64,000 nucleotides of DNA, from positions 120,344,001 to 120,408,000 of the forward strand of contig NC_087436.1 in assembly GCF_036321535.1 (NCBI RefSeq). The letters are read 5' to 3'. This document shows positions 50,401 through 63,711 of this stretch, one piece after another. The notes under the pieces are model-generated. The model saw only the letters and a list, made by a program, of their open reading frames with translations, was not told the DNA's origin and did no database searches. The stretch comes from Camelus dromedarius. Its lineage: Eukaryota. The position numbers were made by a program, and so were the translations under genes. Numbering within the stretch: the first letter of the stretch is position 1; the number at the start of each line of letters is the position of its first letter.

Positions 50401-52414
50401 GTTGTCCACCTCCCAGGGTCCCGGCTTCCCCATCTGTAAAGTGGGGTGACGTGCTTTCCCTGTTGGCTGCAGTGAACCTGGCCGAGGCAGCTGGTACATG
50501 CAGGTGGTGACAAATACTCGTGTCTGAGGCCCACTGGGGGCCCGTGGAGACTCACCGCTGTCCTGGATCCGTGTCTGGTCCTCAAGCTGGGCCAGCTCTT
50601 GGACGGAAGCCTGGAGAGAGGGTAGGGGCAGGAGCTGGAGGGAACTGGGCTCCGTAAGTCGTTCTGAAAATATTATTTCCTGGGTCTAATGAGGGTCCAG
50701 CTCCCCTTATCGTGGTGAAAACTCAAGGCAGGGAAATAAACCCAAGGGCCCATGGCACGTCCCACCTCCCACCTCTCCTCTTCTTCTCTTCCTGCACAAG
50801 TGCTGGAACCAACCTCTCGAGGGATAGAATGGAGCCCCTTCCCTGGGTTGAACATGCTCCAGGGACTTCTCTCTGCCTTCACAGGGCTCTCAGTGCCGTG
50901 GGGCCTCCTGCCTCTTCTGGAACAGCCCGTGAGCCTGTCCTGTGCCCCAGACCTCAGTCCCGTGGTGTCTTGACAGCTAGACAGCTGCTCCCACCCACCT
51001 CCTGTCTCCTGCCCACTCTCTGCTGCAGGGACCTGGGTAGAGCTGGGAGACTGGCCCGGGGGCTCTTGGGTGGTCCAGGGCGGGTGGGTACATCTGGGCT
51101 CTGAGCCCTGCGCTGCTGGCCTGGAGTTCCCTGGGTCTGCCCCTGGGTGCCTGCCCCCCCAGAACCTGCCCCGAGAGCGAGAGAGTCTGGAGGAGGTCAG
51201 ACCTGCCTATCAGTTTGCAGTTTTGTCCCCAGAAAGGGAGTTCGGGGGTGGGCTCTCCTGTCGCCCCATGTGTCCTACCCTGTGCAGAGGGGATTCCTGC
51301 TGGCCCAGCCTGGGTTTGGGGCTAAAATCTCACCGACAATCATCAGAGAACAGTGAGACCCTAACCCTCACCCTCTGTGTGAGTGAGCAGGTCCGTTCCT
51401 TGTCCCCTCTGTCCACGAAGCGGAAGCTGAGCTGGGGCGTGGTTGGTCCCTTTCCCTGTGGCTGTGGCTGGGGGTGGGCCTCTGTGCTCCTCAGCCCCAA
51501 CCCAGGCTGCATGGCCCGCCCTCCCTGTCACACTTGCCTGTGTTCCAGGCCCCAAAGGGTGCTCTGTGTCCTCCTGTGTCCTTCAATTGGTGACAAAGCC
51601 CCTGACCCTGGGAGCATCATCTGGCCAGTCGTAAGGGCCCTCACTCATCCCTGACCCCAGGAAAGAGTGATGCGTAATGCTCAGCTCTTGGGGGGAGACC
51701 CGGGGGGCCCCCCGGCTGTGGGGAGCAGGGGCTGGTTCCGCTTTGGCCACTTCCTTTTTTCCTGCCCTCTGCCACCTGCTTCCTGGCTGCCCGGGGTAGC
51801 CTGGGACCCGGCCCATTTCCTGTGAAACTGGACGACGCTCCTTCCGGGGACTCAGCTGGAGAGCAGGCCTCTTCCAGTGAGAGACACAGAGCCCCCTGCG
51901 CCCCTCTGGCCACTGGGGTTGTTTATGAGGAGCAGAAGGACCTCCTGGGAACCCGAGGCTAAAAGCACAGCGCAGCTGAGCCCTGGGGGGAACAGAACTG
52001 GACAGCCTTCTCTCGGGAGATGTGTTGCCTCTGGGGACGTCATTCCTGAGTTCTCACTAGGGGGGACGTGAGGTGGGCTTATCCCTAAACCATGGCCCCA
52101 GGGGTGTCCCAACACAGCCTTTATGGCGCGCCGAAGCCTCCACGCGCCAGGCTCTGAGCTGTTTCCTTGGGGTCCATTGCTGAGCAAGAACAGGCACCCC
52201 ACCTGCCCGTAAGGACACCTAGATGGAAGCAAACATTGGTACGTGTCTCCCAGAGCCTGTTCCTGGTGGGCTCGTGCAGTCTGGAGAGAAAGTAAAGGCC
52301 TGGAAGGATGCCCATGGGTCCACCAGGCAAGTCACTGCTGACCACCGCCCTCTGCTTTCTCCACAGAGGCCAGCCTGGCATGCAGAGTCCTTGGCATTGA
52401 GGCCACCACCAGTC

Positions 52415-52583
52415 ATGAAGGGCCTGGCGGAGGTGGCCTCTGAGGAGCCAGCCCCGACGGGGAGAGGGCCGGCAGGACCCTCAGGAGGCAGCGGCGGCAG
52501 TGAGGTCCAGAGAGTGCCTGGGAGCGCATCGGTCGTCTGGGAGCGAGCAGGGCCCGAGGAGGCCAAGGCCACCGTCAGAGAGG
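52415..52583 (+). CDS. SH3TC1: SH3TC1 first coding exon (exon 2; acceptor at 52366/52367): MKGLAEVASEEPAPTGRGPAGPSGG...WERAGPEEAKATVRE
   Basis: Acceptor ctgctttctccacag|, ATG 52415 in context GTCATGA, donor GAGG|GTGAGT. Peptide resembles recalled human [25 protein letters not shown]...WEKAGPEEAKAPVRG. 169 coding nt, phase 1. Confidence 0.92.
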
Positions 52584-53934
52584 GTGAGTGTGGCGAGCCT
52601 GTCCACCCCACCGTCCTCCCCGCCCAGGACGGAGCTGGGGGTCTGCACTGGCCGCGAGTGTGCAGAGAGTACAGCGCCCAGGGAGGGCTCACGGGAGACG
52701 GGGCCTACCTTGTGCCTCTCCAGGGCACAGAGAGAGGGGCAGAGGGTGGAAATTCTAGAAATGCAGTCCCAGGCGACTTTATAGCTCTTGTACAACTTTG
52801 TGTTCCCATAGTCCTGCTTTGTCCTCAGGATGTGAACCCTTGGATTACCCAGGACAGGACATTCCCCTAGGAGGCCCAGGGAGGAGAAGGGACCAGTGCC
52901 TGGGCCAGGCCTTGGGCAGGATTACTTCCTGGATGGAGGAGGATGAGGGCAGTGATGGGGGCAGGGCCGCAGCCCACCTGGCCAGCCCAGCTGCGCACAG
53001 GAGGGGCTGTGCGGGGATGCAGGCCTGGGCTGGCCGCCGGCGGACCTGGTTCTGATCCTGCTTGTCACTGGGCCGCTGCTCAACTTGGGCCTCAGTTTCC
53101 CCCCGGGAAACCTGAGGGGTGGCCTGGGTGAGCTCCAGGATCCCTCTCTGTACCTCCTAGGGTCCTGGAGGAGGGGAGGGAGGGAGGGAGGGGGAAGGTT
53201 GAGGTGGGCCCAGGCTCCTCCTCGAGCCAGGACACTCTGCCCTCCTGCCCCTCCCCAGGCTTCCCACTGTCACATTGTCCACCTTCATCCTGGCCACCTG
53301 CTTAGTTGCCCACTGGGGGTCTGGGCTTGGCACACAGTAGATGCCCAGTGAATATCTGAATGATCAACGATGGATGCTTTGGGAGAACGGAAACAAAGCC
53401 TCATGCTCGGTGCCTGGCCCAGAGCCCGGCATGGTGCGTGCTTGGTGGTCGGAGGAATCTTTACCCCTGTTTTCTTGGTCCTTCCGGGCTTAAGTGGAGA
53501 TGGAAAGGGCTGGGGTGTCCCTCGTGGGTGGCAATGCCTGTCGTCGGACACCTGTCTGGCCTGGAAGAGGGGCTCCGAGGAGCTATGGAGGCCTGGCCCG
53601 GGGGTCCCACGGGGTTGGCCCCCCAGAGCACGGCAGCACGGGATGGAGGAGCTGGGACCTGCTGGGTCCTGCTGGGTACACGCGGGCGGGACCAGCCTCC
53701 CACGGGGCAGCCAGCACAGGCAGGGCCCCCTCCTAGAGCGCAGGATCCCTGCGGGCTGGTGCTGCGGCAGAGCCAAAGCACCCTGACGGGGTTGCTAGGT
53801 GTTTCCCGCCCGAGCAGCTCCACGACCTGGCTGGGAGCCCGGGCAGCGGCGTCAGGGAGCTCCTCCAGTCTCCTCAGGTGCGCCAGCCACGAGCAGCCAT
53901 GTGGCCAGTGGACTCTCACCACATCCACCTTTCG

Positions 53935-54985
53935 GCTTCTTTTGCAAATTGGCCACGAAAGTTGCAAGAAATAATACAAACATTTCCATCTGCCCTCACC
54001 CAGATTCCTCAAACGTTAACATTTCACATTTGCTTTCTTTCTGTATTTACATATTTTTTCAGGGTAGTTTAAGAGTAAATTGCAGAAATGTTGCCCCTTT
54101 CTCTCACAAGTGCTTTGGCGTGTGTATTTCCTAAAACCAGGAACTGCTCTTACAGAACCACAGTGCAGTGATTTCAAAGTTACTTCCTGCTTTAAAAAAC
54201 ACTGTTATCTAATTTACAGACCTCGTTCAGGCCCTGTGTCTGGCCCCATAATGTCCTTTACAGCGAAGGAAGCCCTGGCCAGGCCATGCGTTCTGTGGGC
54301 ATGTGTCTGCGGAGCCGTTTCACCTGGAGGTTGATATTTTGAAGGCGACGGGCCAGTTATCCTGTGGCAGGCAGGAGCGCGGGCGGTGCCCCGCGCAGAG
54401 ATTCCCGGAAGTGCGGTGACCCTCTCGTGCAGCAGGCCAGGAGGCCGCGACGCCCATCTGGCCGGTCCCTGGCGATGTCCACGTCTCAGGGTGATCACTT
54501 GATTAAGGGGACGTTTGGCAGTTTCCCCCACCATAAAGCCATCTCTCCTCCCTGTCATGAGGAAGGAGCCCGTGGAAAAGTGCTTGGGGACCTTGTGGAT
54601 ATGCTGTTCCTCTTCAAACTGGAACGGCACTAGTTCTTTTCATCCATGCTTGGTTCTGGACTGAAACCGCAGTGTAATGATGGCCGCTCAATGGTGACTT
54701 CCAGCCCTGTGTCCCCTCTGTGTGGATTAGTGGACTTTCCACTGTAGCAGAGAGCGGCTCCCCCGCCCGTCACTCATTTATTTATCTTCCTGTGGGCTCA
54801 GAGGTCTTTAGTTTATCCTCTGGACTGTATCAGTTGCTGCCATTATTTTGCTGTGATTCAGTCCTGTGATGTGCCTCCAATATCCTCTGAGCATGTCCTA
54901 CTTTCTGGGACCACGAGAGGAGGTCCCAGGGCGATGAAGAGGCTGCACTGAAGTTCAGCACCTCCTGCTGCAGCCACGGGTGTTT
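53935..54985 (-). mobile_element. Old L1 3' fragment (L1MC4-like) in SH3TC1 intron 2
   Basis: ttgcaagaaataataca, cacccagattc, ttgcagaaatgttgcccc, gtgtgtatttcctaaaaccagga, tgatcacttgattaagg. Confidence 0.7.
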
Positions 54986-55376
54986 CCACATCAGATCTCC
55001 CTTGATCCTAAGGCCCCGACCATTCATTCCATTTTACAGACAAGGAAATGGAGCAGGGCAGAGACAGCGGCTGGGGAAGCCCCTGGCCAAGACACCAACT
55101 GTGAGCTGGCCTCGAGGCTGGAGGCTGGGGTATAGGGACAACCAGCAGAGGACAGAGTTGCCACTCAGGGTTCAGGAGCCTGTCCTCTGCTCAGGCCCCT
55201 GGGAGCCCCTCTGCCCCTGCACTTTGGGGTATCACACCAAGCCTCACCAGGCTGTGGTCTCACCCAAGGCTGAGAGGACACGTGGCACCCCCAGTGAGTG
55301 GCTGGTCCAGCTTGATCCACCATGCAGCCCCATCCACCCCAGACCTCGAGTTCCCTCTAGACTGTCACCTCCCCGC

Positions 55377-55766
55377 TGTGGTCAGCAGAATACTCATCCC
55401 CAAAGATGTCCACATCCTGATCCCCAGAACCTGTGCATACATACGTCCTCCCATGGCCAAGGAGACTGTGGATGGGAGCATGGATCTTAGATGGGGGTTG
55501 TCCGGGGTCAGAGGCTGAGGATGCTGGGATGCCGGCGTTGGAGATGGAGGAGGGGCCGCAAGCCAAGGAATGCGGGCACCTCTAGGAGCTGCAGAAGCCG
55601 GGACACGGATTCTCCCTGGAGCCTCGCAAAGGAGCCAGCCCTGCCGACACACTGACTTTGACCAGCGAGACCCTTCTCAAACCCAGAAAAGCAAGATGAT
55701 ACACTGTGTCGTTTTCAGAAGCCACTAGGCTGGGGGTTACTGGTCGCAGCACAACAGGAAACTTGC
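55377..55766 (+). mobile_element. MaLR LTR (MLT1D-like) in SH3TC1 intron 2
   Basis: tgtggtcagcagaata...gatgtccacatcctgatccccagaacctgtg, agccaaggaatgcgggcacctctag, aagccactag. Confidence 0.8.
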
Positions 55767-55934
55767 AGCCTGCTGACCTTGTCGCGTTCTGTCACCTTGG
55801 AGGAAGGGTGTGAGCTGTGGTTTGCAGGGGTATGAACACACCTTTCTTCCAGAAACATCCAGGGGTGTAGCGCCTGTGTGACTGGTGTCGCCTGCCTGCT
55901 CACACCTTGACCACAGGACCCTGCTCTTTTACAG

Positions 55935-56009
55935 ATGCTGCCCCTTCCCCGGGCGCCTCTCAGCCGGCTGCTGCGCCCCCTCCTGGCCAGATGGGATCAC
56001 ACCCCACAG
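55935..56009 (+). CDS. SH3TC1: SH3TC1 exon 3: (D)AAPSPGASQPAAAPPPGQMGSHPT
   Basis: Acceptor ctgctcttttacag|, donor CAG|GTGGAC, 75 nt, phase 1-1. Aligns with recalled human [25 protein letters not shown]. Confidence 0.85.
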
Positions 56010-57384
56010 GTGGACGTCCTCAGTGCTGCACCACTCTGCAGGGTTTAATCTGGGCTGGGCTGTGAATGTGGGGCTCCTGGGCAACCCCCCTTCTTCCTCT
56101 CCCCTTCCTCTTGGCCTCGACTGTCCCGTTCAGGAATGTCTGACCCAGGCTTCAGTAATGCGGCCCCTGACTTCCAGCCTTGAGACCACTGTTGTGGGGG
56201 GCTTGTTAGTGCTGACACCAGGTCGCACCCAGGCTCTGAGGCGTTGGTCTGGGGTAGGGACTCTGCATTTTCACTTGGGATCAGAAAGTTGGGGTTCACC
56301 CGCACTGGTGAAGGGCTCCCCTGGACTCTGTGTTTGCATCTGCCCAAAGAAGGGGGCATGGCCCTGGAAGCCCCACGCAGGGGAAGTGAGACTCCATGAG
56401 AGACACCCTGGGGAGGGGTCAAGGTGGGACGTGGTTCCCACTGTAAACGGTGGGGCAGGGGGATGGGAGGGGCCCTCGGGAGAGGCATCCACGGATCCGT
56501 TTCCAGGGAGGGACTCCTGCAGGGTGCCGACGTGGGGAGGCAGTAGGAGGCTGTTACCCTGGAGACCCCCCTGCCGAGTTCCAGCTGCAGGGGACACAGA
56601 GACCCCAGCTTTGTTGGAGGCTCACCTTTGCCTCAATGGCCACATGGCCTCCAGCCTTCCTTCCGGGTGGTCAGCGCTGCCTGTGGTCACTCGGGACACC
56701 CAGGGCTGTGAGCACTGAGGCAGATTATAGGAGGGGTCACATCTTAGAACTGGTTGGAAAATGCTGAGCCAGGCTTCCTGCTGGGGGAGGGGCTTGATTC
56801 CAGATCCCAGAAGTCTCCACGCTGTCCTGCCTCTGGCCCTGTCCACCCTGGGAGAGGCTGAAGATGTCTGCTCCAGGGTCCCCTAGCTAGAAAGTTCTAA
56901 GACAGGTGCAGGGCTTATTCAGAGGGTATGAAGAGTCTGTCCCTACCCCCACCCCCATCCATTCTATTCCTCTTCCTCTCCTTCCCTCTTCCCCCTCTCT
57001 TTTCTCCACCCCCTCTCCTTCTCTCCCGCTCTCCTCCCCAGCTTTGGAACAGCCCATGCTCTGGGCATCCCTGTGGCCAGGAGGCCTCTCAGGGAAACTG
57101 GGGTGGGGGTAGACAGGGGACATTTGAGCTGAGATCTGAATCATAGGGCAGCCAGCCAGGCCAGGAGTGGGTCTGGGAGAGGATATGGTGAGTGCAAAGG
57201 CCCTGGGGCAGGTGGCATGGGGGAATGCCTTGATGTCTCAGGGTGGCAGAGAGAAGGCCACAGGCTAGGAGGGAGGGAGAGAAGAGGTGGAAGGTGGGGA
57301 GGAGCGGGGCAGAGGCTCAGGCTGTGCCAGCAGATGAGTGGAAAGGGTTTGCACTTCGTTCCTCCTGAGATGGGAAACCGCAGC

Positions 57385-57590
57385 AGCCGCGCTGTCCGAC
57401 ACCGTAGCTGTGCAGCCATTTATGCTTAAGTTTAACTCAAATAAAATAAGGAATCCAGCGCCTCGCCTACGCTGCCACTGCCCACACGTTAAGAGCTCAG
57501 GGCCTCATGTGGCTGGTGGCTGCCGTGTGGGACCGTGCAGAGAGCAAACACGCTCATTCCTGCAGAAATTTCCAGTGGCCGGCACTGCCC
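57385..57590. mobile_element. MER3/MER33-type hAT MITE in SH3TC1 intron 3
   Basis: gcgctgtccgaca...aagagctcagggcctcatgtggctggtggctgccgtgtgggac...gcagaaatttccagtggccggcactg. Confidence 0.7.
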
Positions 57591-58206
57591 AGAGGGCTGG
57601 GAGCTGGGTCATGCAGTGAGCCAGTGCTGGCTGTGAGGGGACCGTCTGGGTCTCTGTGGACCAGAGAACTGTTTGGAGGGAGGGCCAGGCCTAAGACACT
57701 GCCCAGGCAGGCCTACGGGGTGGGGCCGTGGTGAGGGGTGAGCGCGGCAGGTTCCGCCTGGTTTTGCAGGTGGAGCCAGTGGGGTGTGATGGAGGGAGGT
57801 GTCCTTGGTTGAGCAGGGCAGGGGCTGGGGCTCCCTTTGGACATGGTAAAAGAGGAGGGTCCGGTTTGGGGGGCGTGCGGGGTTGAGAGTCCTGGGATGC
57901 CCTGTCTGATGGAGGCTGGATGCCCCATTGGAGCTCGGGCGGGGAAGAGGTCAAGCTGGAGGTCACGGGGACTCAGGGCCATTTGCTGAGTGCTTGTTCC
58001 AGGCCGGCCTGTCCTGGGCTGTAGCTGTACCACCGTTCCTTCCCTCCCGTCTCTCTGTGAGATGGGGGCAGCCTGTGACTGTTTACAAGGAAAGAAACTG
58101 GGGCTCAGGGGCGATAAGCCACTGTACCAAGTTTCACGGGCGGTGCACGTGGGGCTGGAACCCAGGGCCCCACGGCTTTGCGCTGGGGCTCACGGGGGTG
58201 GGATAG

Positions 58207-58488
<282 letters not shown>

Positions 58489-59512
58489 TAGACCTAGGAA
58501 GAGGAGGGCCTGTCCGTGATGTCCAGGCCTCCTGGGACGAAGGTCATGGGAGGGGGTGGCCATGCCTTGACCTCACCTGATGGTGGCACTGTGACTTGTC
58601 CCGTTTGCACTCCTGGATTTCTGGCACCAGGGATCACGGATTACACGCTGCAGCCCAGACACATGTGGGCTGTTCCGAATGCCCCAGTTCCTATCTCCAG
58701 GGACGTGCCACCCTGCCAGGACTTTTAGTCTCTTTCTAGGGAGTAAGAAGGACCGGTGTGGGTTGAGCTTACTCTTTGATTTGTTGGTGACTGGCCTCTG
58801 CACAGAGGGCCGGTCTGGCAGGAGGGTGGTGAAGGGGGCTGGGCGGTCACCATCTGACCTTGCACTCAGCCTGGCTTGACCTCGGCCAGTGCCCCTGAGC
58901 CTTTGTGAATGCCGCTTCCTCAGCCACACACTGGGGATGCTTAGAATTGTTGCCCCACGGAGCTGATGGGAGGGCCTGCGCACAGCAGGCGTCGCACACC
59001 CAGCACAGTGCTCAGCAACGGGGCTGCCCCTGTGGGGCCAGGCAAGGGTAGGTGGTTAAACGCACTGGCTCTGGTCTGATTCCCGGCTGTGCCAATTACT
59101 GAAGGTCAGACCTCAGAGAGGAAATGGGGCCTTATTTTCTCAATCCGAATGGAGTTGTTGTGAGCACCCACTGCCCCCAACACACACGCTTGGTTGGTGT
59201 CAGCTGGTGTTACTTTTAATGCCCCAGCACCATCAGGAGTGTTCATGGGATGGACGTCAGGAGATGGGATGATGGATTTACTATTGAAACCCAAGTTGAA
59301 GCTGCAGGAGGGGGCCGGAGGCGAGGCTGGGGCTGCACAGGACTGAGCACAGCCGGAGCGCGGAGAACCTGGTATCGCTGGTGTGTCGGGCTTGCGGCAG
59401 GTGGAACTGTCACATGGGGTCACAGAGGATGCAGGCTCAGAGCATGGAGGCCGTGCGAGCTCTGGGAAGGAGTAGGGCTTGGTACAGCACCAGGGATCTA
59501 CAGATGGCTTGA

Positions 59513-59836
<324 letters not shown>

Positions 59837-60290
59837 TAAACATTTTCTGTTACAGCTGGGGCTTTAGACCAGGCTAGCTCATGACAGCCTCACCGTGGGC
59901 TGCCCTGTTCTCCATGAGGACTGATGTCACAGGAGGAGCTGCAGACTCACATGGGTCTGTGCTGGGAACACGACTTACACCGAGTTTCCAAATTCCTTCC
60001 AAGTCTGTGCCCGAGGGAAACTGAGCTCTGACTGGCAGAGCACAGACCAGGAAACGTGTCTCAGCCTCCACCCGAGTGGTTTCTTCCTGAAACAGTCCCT
60101 GTTCTAAAGGAGGCTTCAGCTGTCTAAGTTCCTCTCCTTGGGAACCCTGCTGCCCCACACCCAGGCTGAGGACTGAGGAAGTGGAAAATAAGAATCAGGG
60201 CAACGATTTCTTGTGCACCTTGAGCAGGGCCGTGCCAGCACCCCCAGCATTCTGATCTCCCTGAATGCTCTTGTCCCCTCTCATTCATAG

Positions 60291-60836
<546 letters not shown>

Positions 60837-61365
60837 TGAGCAGGGAGGGTACGTGCTTCTGGAACTTAGTTATGCAGACCATGGTCAGCCCCCAAAGAAA
60901 CGCCAGAAGAGGGGCTTTTGCAAGTGCCCCACCCCCACCCCACGTCCCTGCCCCAGCTGTCGCTCTGAGAGCCTCAGCAGCTTCACAGGTGGGCTCCGAG
61001 CCTGCAGCGAACACAGCGCGAGCTATGCGTCCTGCTGCGGCCACAGAGCGGACGGGGTGGGGGCCGGCTGCGGTCAGACTTGCTGGCGGGTGTCCAGGCC
61101 AGAGGGCCCTTGGGATCGCGTGTCTGGCCCCTCATAGCCCAGACGGAGGGGAAACTGAGGTCCAGGGAGTCAGGATGAGCTGGGTTCCCAGGGCCAGCCC
61201 AGGCAGAGGAGGGACTGCCGTCCAGGTCCAGCCTCCCAGTCCGGGCCCTGGGGGCCTCCAGTGTCTTTCTGTGGATGTAGAAACGGGGTGGAGGGGAGGG
61301 GAAGGGACCTCTGCAGTGCTGCCTGGTGGGGCTGGGTGGTCCTGCCCTGTGTCCAGCTGCCCTAA

Positions 61366-61581
<216 letters not shown>

Positions 61582-62350
61582 TAGGTACCGACATATGTTT
61601 CTCTGCTCTGGTCTATCCATAGGCCAAGGCGGGCGGGTGGGGAACGGTGTGAGCCCCAGACAGACCCAGCCATGACCCCTTCTGCTGTTTTCAGTGTGTG
61701 GCCTCAGCCAGCCAGACCAACTCTCTGGGCCTCAAGCCTGTCACGTGCACGACAGGACACTGACATTTCCTGGCAGGGCTGTCCTGGGATGACAAGGGCC
61801 CAGGAGTATGAAGGATGGGGCTCTGGCTTCCTGTTCCAGCTCATTCTGGAAAGCTTTGGACAGAGCCACACAGCCTGTGCCCATAGTAAGGGAGCATGAA
61901 GGGATCTGTGCAAATAAGAGCCAAGGCAGGGAAAGCCTGAGGAAAGTGAGGACAGGTGGCATGTAAGCTTCTGCTCATGTGCTGAACATAGGGCATAAAC
62001 TTGGCTTGGAGCTTCCTGGTGGCCAAAGCAAAGAGAGAAACTCAATCTCCTCATGTTCAGTGGCTGTGAAGTAACAGTCTGTGGCTCAGCTTCTCTACCT
62101 GGATAAGCGGGGGGAGGTCTCCGAGGACGCCAGCCTGAGGACGGGGAGGAGGCACCTGGGCTGGGGGACATGGGGCATGGCTGGGCCTGAAAGCCGTACA
62201 CCTGGGCATGTGCTTGTGTGTGTTCGTGTGCGTAAGTGCAGTGGGGCAGGTGGTGAATTCTGCTCGGGTCCCTGGGGGCTGCTGACTTGTCCAGACTACA
62301 TGCAGGTTCAGTCTGCCCCAGATCTGAACTCCTCTCTCACCTCACTCCAG

Positions 62351-62427
62351 GTGGGCTCTTAGGGTCCCCTGGGACCCCATCAGCGACTCCATGGGTGGAC
62401 CTGTGACACCGGACAGCCAGCAGATGG
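62351..62427 (+). CDS. SH3TC1: SH3TC1 exon 8: (Q)WALRVPWDPISDSMGGPVTPDSQQM
   Basis: Acceptor cctctctcacctcactccag|, donor TGG|GTAAAT, 77 nt. Resembles recalled human [25 protein letters not shown]. Confidence 0.92.
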
Positions 62428-63213
62428 GTAAATGTTTCCATTGGCTCTCCTCCCCTGGGGAAGAGGCGGGTAAGGAGGGGTGGGCACCAGCATTCTGAAA
62501 GCTTTCGTGCTCACCCTGAATCCTCCCCGAGGTAGCCAGAAGAGGTAGGTAGAATCCTCTCTGATTTGAGAAGCAAAAACGGAGGATCAGAGAGGTCCAT
62601 GGCTAGCCCAAACTCACACAGCACACAGCGAGGCCAGGACTCTGGCCACTGTGCCTCTAGAGTGTGACTCCACACACTGTTCGACAAGCACTTCCTCAGA
62701 TTTTGCTGCCTTCCGGGCGCTATGTCAGACACCTTGGAGGACCCTGGGGTAGGGGTAGAGGGGTGCCGGCTAGGCCCCCAGCTGAATTCACCACAGGGCT
62801 ATTAAAGGAGCATGGGGCAGGGGTCTTCTTTTGCGGAAGACGGCTCCTGGCCCAGTGCGTGTTGCTGTGCCCCAGGCTGGCCGGTGTCTGTGTGGCCTCG
62901 TGTACCTGTTAAATGGACGTCAGGCCCACAGGAGGACACTTACAGCTGTATTTGCTCTGGGTGGGCCCTGGCTTTGGATGCTGATGGCCCTGGGCCAAGT
63001 TCATCAGCGTCTCCAGGCCTCCAGTCCTCATCCTCAGTGTGAGGATAAAGTGTCCCCTTCAAGGGGGTGGGACGTACAGCCCCTCATGTGCGGTGGCCCT
63101 GCAACCCCAGCCAGGTGCCAGATGAGTTCCTCATCAGGACAGTGTGTTCCCCAGCCAGGGGCACCAACTGGCTGGCCAAGGGCCACTCTGCCCGCCCAGC
63201 CCCCCAGCACTGA

Positions 63214-63432
<219 letters not shown>

Positions 63433-63711
63433 TGAGTGGCCAAGGCCCCACCCCTTTCTGAGTCCACCCTTTGCCCCTGTGGGACCCCTGCCCTGAACAC
63501 CTGCTTCCTAGGTGACAGACCTGGGCGGCGTCCTGGACGGCACCCCTGCCCTTCCCCCTCCCCTCCTCGTCGTCCCTCCCACCTCTGTCCCCAGGACTAG
63601 GCCTAGCCCAAGCCCAGGGCCGTCCCGCTGCCCCCAGCTTCCTGTGTGGACCCCTCCCACCCTCCTCCCAGCGCTGCTAGGGCCTGGCCCCTGAAACACA
63701 TAGCTGTCCAC

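Noticed and set aside
49638..50510. 290-aa plus-strand ORF
   Set aside because: Intronic with a non-ATG start and no homology I recognise; not needed for the SH3TC1 model.
55885..56718. 277-aa ORF overlapping exon 3
   Set aside because: Wrong frame for SH3TC1 exon 3; the remainder is intron.
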